From the human T2T-CHM13v2.0 reference genome, Homo sapiens: a stretch of 64,000 bases of DNA. The stretch is taken from assembly GCF_009914755.1 (NCBI RefSeq), contig NC_060941.1. One strand, written 5' to 3'. The translations under genes were made by a program, and so were the position numbers. The notes beneath the pieces were generated by a model. The model saw only the letters and a program-made list of their open reading frames with translations. It was not told the DNA's origin and made no database searches. The stretch's first letter is position 1; each line of letters starts with the position of its first letter. This document shows positions 61,207 through 64,000 of this stretch, one piece after another.

Positions 61207-62620
61207 CATCATCTGCATCTCTTTCTCTTTCAAGCTGTGTGTCCCGCTTTGTGAATTCTGGTATCTGCCCACGACTTTCCTGAGTCTGAGGCTCCCAGGC
61301 AGGGCAACAAGAAGCCTTCTCATTGCACTGAGGGATTTCCTAGCTCGTAAGAGTTCTAGAAAGTCCCAGATTCTCTGAAGTATGGACGAAGGTCTCATAA
61401 GGGCTGCAAAAAATGCTGTTGTTTTCTCTGGTATCCCTGCACCAAGGGCTATTTGAGGACAGAGTAACTAAGGAAAGGTCAGTCCGTGTGCTAAGCCTTG
61501 CTCCTGGTGACTGGGAAACTTCCTCATGTCACTTACAGGAATGGAGACAAGCTTATCTCTGGCTTTTCCTGTATCAATAAGCAACCAGGGATGTAGGTTT
61601 TGCCAAGCCTCAGACACGTATGCCAAGAACACAAGCAACCCCTGATCTTCTAAGCCTAGCGGAGGCTGCATCTCTAGTTGGTTAAGTAGTGTTGACTTCA
61701 TATCCCCATCGTGTCCTCTGAGTTCCCCCTGGGTGCTGGAGGCCTGGCAGCCTTTCTCCCTGTACTCACAGGAGGGGTTGACGCATGCAGTCAGGGCCTC
61801 TGTGGAGTGGCTTTTGGGCGCCTCGCCTGCCCGGAAGCCTCCCCTTCTGTTCTCATCTCCATTTGTCCTCAGCTCTACCTGAGTGCTGGCCTCGCCCAGC
61901 CTGGGGCAAGGCAGTGGGCATTGTGCTTGCACCCTCTTCTTCCTCTCCTTTTTGATTCTTTTCATCTGTCCAGTTGTTGGTGCGGCGGATGGGAGGACAC
62001 TCCAGGCAGGGAAAGGTGAGGCCTCTTAGTTTTGCTCTGAATGTCCCAACCAGCATCCCCATTTTCGCATCTCCTGTTTGTCCAGAGACAGACCCTCACA
62101 GGAGGGATAACAAAACAAAAAAATCCAGCTGCAACATCGAGGTGAGGGGCAGCTCGGAGAGAACAGGGCAGAGGGGGGAAAAAAGAAGCAAAAAAAGGGG
62201 GAATGCTGTTATCATCAGAGCTGGCTTCTGCTTCTCTGGCCAAATCCTTCCCCTGCTAGTGATATGGTAAGTTTCCAGAGCAAGCTGGGCTGACGCAGAG
62301 TCTAGGGATGGAGACTGGGTCCCAACCAGGGCCGGCTCTGGAGCAGCCTGGATCAGGGATCAGGATGGGAGGGCAGCCTACGGGCCTTGTTCAGAAAAAA
62401 TATTTGTGTATGACTGAGAAAATGTCAGGTTTTCATATCAAGGAATGAGAGGCCTGATAGAGACTGAGGAGTGCTTCCAGCCATCCTGGGCTCACCACTG
62501 TACTCGTGCTGTTCTCTAGAAAATGGAAATCTTCCCGGCAGGGGCTCCTTCCTAACCTTTAGATCACAGAGCTCTCAAGACTCTGAACAAAACAGTGGAC
62601 CATCACCTTCCAAAGGTGAT

Positions 62621-62623
62621 GCG

Positions 62624-62663
<40 letters not shown>
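62621..62663. repeat. (GC)6(AC)15 compound microsatellite
   Basis: read directly from the sequence. Confidence 0.95.
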
Positions 62664-62667
<4 letters not shown>

Positions 62668-62779
62668 GGCATTTTGTTATAGGGGGTTCACAGATTCCCC
62701 CAAACCTGTCTGAGTCCCCGATAATGCACAGGGCGTCTCAGGTCTGCCACTGTTTGGAGACCTGACCCCTCAGGGTTGG

Positions 62780-63660
62780 CCACAGCGGATCCCGGAGGCC
62801 TTGGGGCTCATCCCTCTGCTACCAAGTGACTAGGAGCGCTCAGCCTTGCTGGGCACCCCCATCCTGCGGGGGGCATTCTCGTCCGGGGCTCGCAGCCCCT
62901 CCGCCTCTGGACGGACCTCCAGACTCACGGAATCTGCCCCACCCCCACTCTCAGCCTGGCGGGCTCCCCAGGGGGCCGGGAGGAGGCGGCCGCTGGATTT
63001 CCCTGAGGCGCGGCGCGGGGCACACACGGTTAATCCTCCGCGGCTGCTGTTTGGACGAAAAGCGCTGGGGGTGTTGGAGGCTCCTCGCTGCTCACATCTG
63101 GCTGGGCTTCGCTCCTTGCGCGTCTGTCCCACTTTCTCCCTCTCTTCCTTTACTTTCGAGAAACCGCGCTTCCGCTTCTGGTCGCAGAGACCTCGGAGAC
63201 CGCGCCGGGGAGACGGAGGTGCTGTGGGTGGGGGGGACCTGTGGCTGCTCGTACCGCCCCCCACCCTCCTCTTCTGCACTGCCGTCCTCCGGAAGACCTT
63301 TTCCCCTGCTCTGTTTCCTTCACCGAGTCTGTGCATCGCCCCGGACCTGGCCGGGAGGAGGCTTGGCCGGCGGGAGATGCTCTAGGGGCGGCGCGGGAGG
63401 AGCGGCCGGCGGGACGGAGGTAGGTGGCCGGGCCGGGGGACCCAGCGCTGCCCCGCCCCATCCTCGTGGCTTCAGCCTGGTGGCCAGGGCGGGGATGGCA
63501 GACACCTGGGCCGGGACGGACGGAGAGCGCCGTGGGAGGGGCCGGTTGGCGGTGGCGGCGCAGGGGCGGAAAGACCCGGGTTTTCGGGGGCAGCCCTGGC
63601 GTCTGGCTCTGGCTCAGCCCCCGCCATAGGCGCCTTTGCGCGGGGGTCATAATGGTCCCG
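62780..63660 (+). promoter_or_regulatory. C1QTNF1: CpG island / C1QTNF1 promoter
   Basis: high CpG density, GC boxes. Confidence 0.8.
63100..63419 (+). other. C1QTNF1: C1QTNF1 non-coding first exon (TSS approximate; CDS lies beyond the window)
   Basis: GAG|GTAGGT donor at 63420; sequence and gene order match my recollection of the C1QTNF1 leader. Confidence 0.7.
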
Positions 63661-64000
63661 GGTCTCCCTGACTGTGGAGGAGCGGGGCTTTTCTGCACGT
63701 GGATACTAACGGGAGGAATTGCACCTTCCCCCTAGTTTTTTGTGGGGTGTTTATCTTGTTTCACTGTTCTCTGGTGCCTTTCTGAGGGTGTGGAAGGAAG
63801 AGGAATGGTACTAATGCCCGCGGCTGCACCTGGCGGGGATGCCCTCACCCCACTCCTTATCACTGGGACCACCTGACCGCCGGGTCTGTCCAGTCCTGTC
63901 TGTGGCCAACCTGGACCTTCACGGAATAGGAAGCGCTGACTTTGGCCCCCCGCATCTGACAGCCTTGGTGTCCTGGAGGGGGTCCAGCTTGGGCAGGAAA

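Larger units (their letters stand above)
58150..64000 (-). ncRNA. C1QTNF1-AS1: region of antisense lncRNA C1QTNF1-AS1 (exons not resolved)
   Basis: mostly recalled locus annotation; the sequence shows only minus-strand AATAAA hexamers near 58160 and 58201. Confidence 0.3.

Noticed and set aside
62826-63735. Several long ORFs in the right-hand CpG island
   Set aside because: Stop-poor GC-rich sequence; no collagen or C1q-domain sequence, and the C1QTNF1 CDS lies outside the window.

Overview
Human genomic DNA, recognised from its proteins as the 17q25.3 LGALS3BP-CANT1-C1QTNF1 interval. It holds two complete minus-strand genes. LGALS3BP (galectin-3-binding protein/90K) has 5 coding exons that splice to 1758 nt (585 aa), plus a non-coding exon 1 with an IRF element at the TSS. 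CANT1 (calcium-activated nucleotidase 1) has 3 coding exons totalling 1206 nt (401 aa), 5'UTR exons and a CpG-island promoter. The CpG-island first exon of plus-strand C1QTNF1 lies at the right end. The rest is repeat-rich: about 35 Alus, old L1/L2/MIR/MaLR/hAT/Tigger fragments, a solo LTR7 (HERV-H), a solo MER41 LTR without GAS sites, and a ~7 kb MER41 provirus with matching 4-bp TSDs whose two LTRs keep GAS (STAT) motifs. No new protein-coding system is evident; almost all other listed ORFs are Alu-derived or GC-rich noise. The best leads are regulatory or structural: (1) a ~1.5 kb TTAGGG-containing G-rich VNTR in CANT1 intron 1; (2) splice-dependent uORFs in the CANT1 leader, one ending in a TGATG stop/start overlap with the main ATG; (3) a predicted in-frame CANT1->LGALS3BP read-through splice; (4) GAS-bearing versus GAS-deleted MER41 LTRs near an interferon-stimulated gene, with divergent CTCF motifs in both 3'UTRs; (5) a locally templated LTR insertion inside an Alu. 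Repeat subfamily calls come from memory of consensus sequences and need RepeatMasker/Dfam confirmation.
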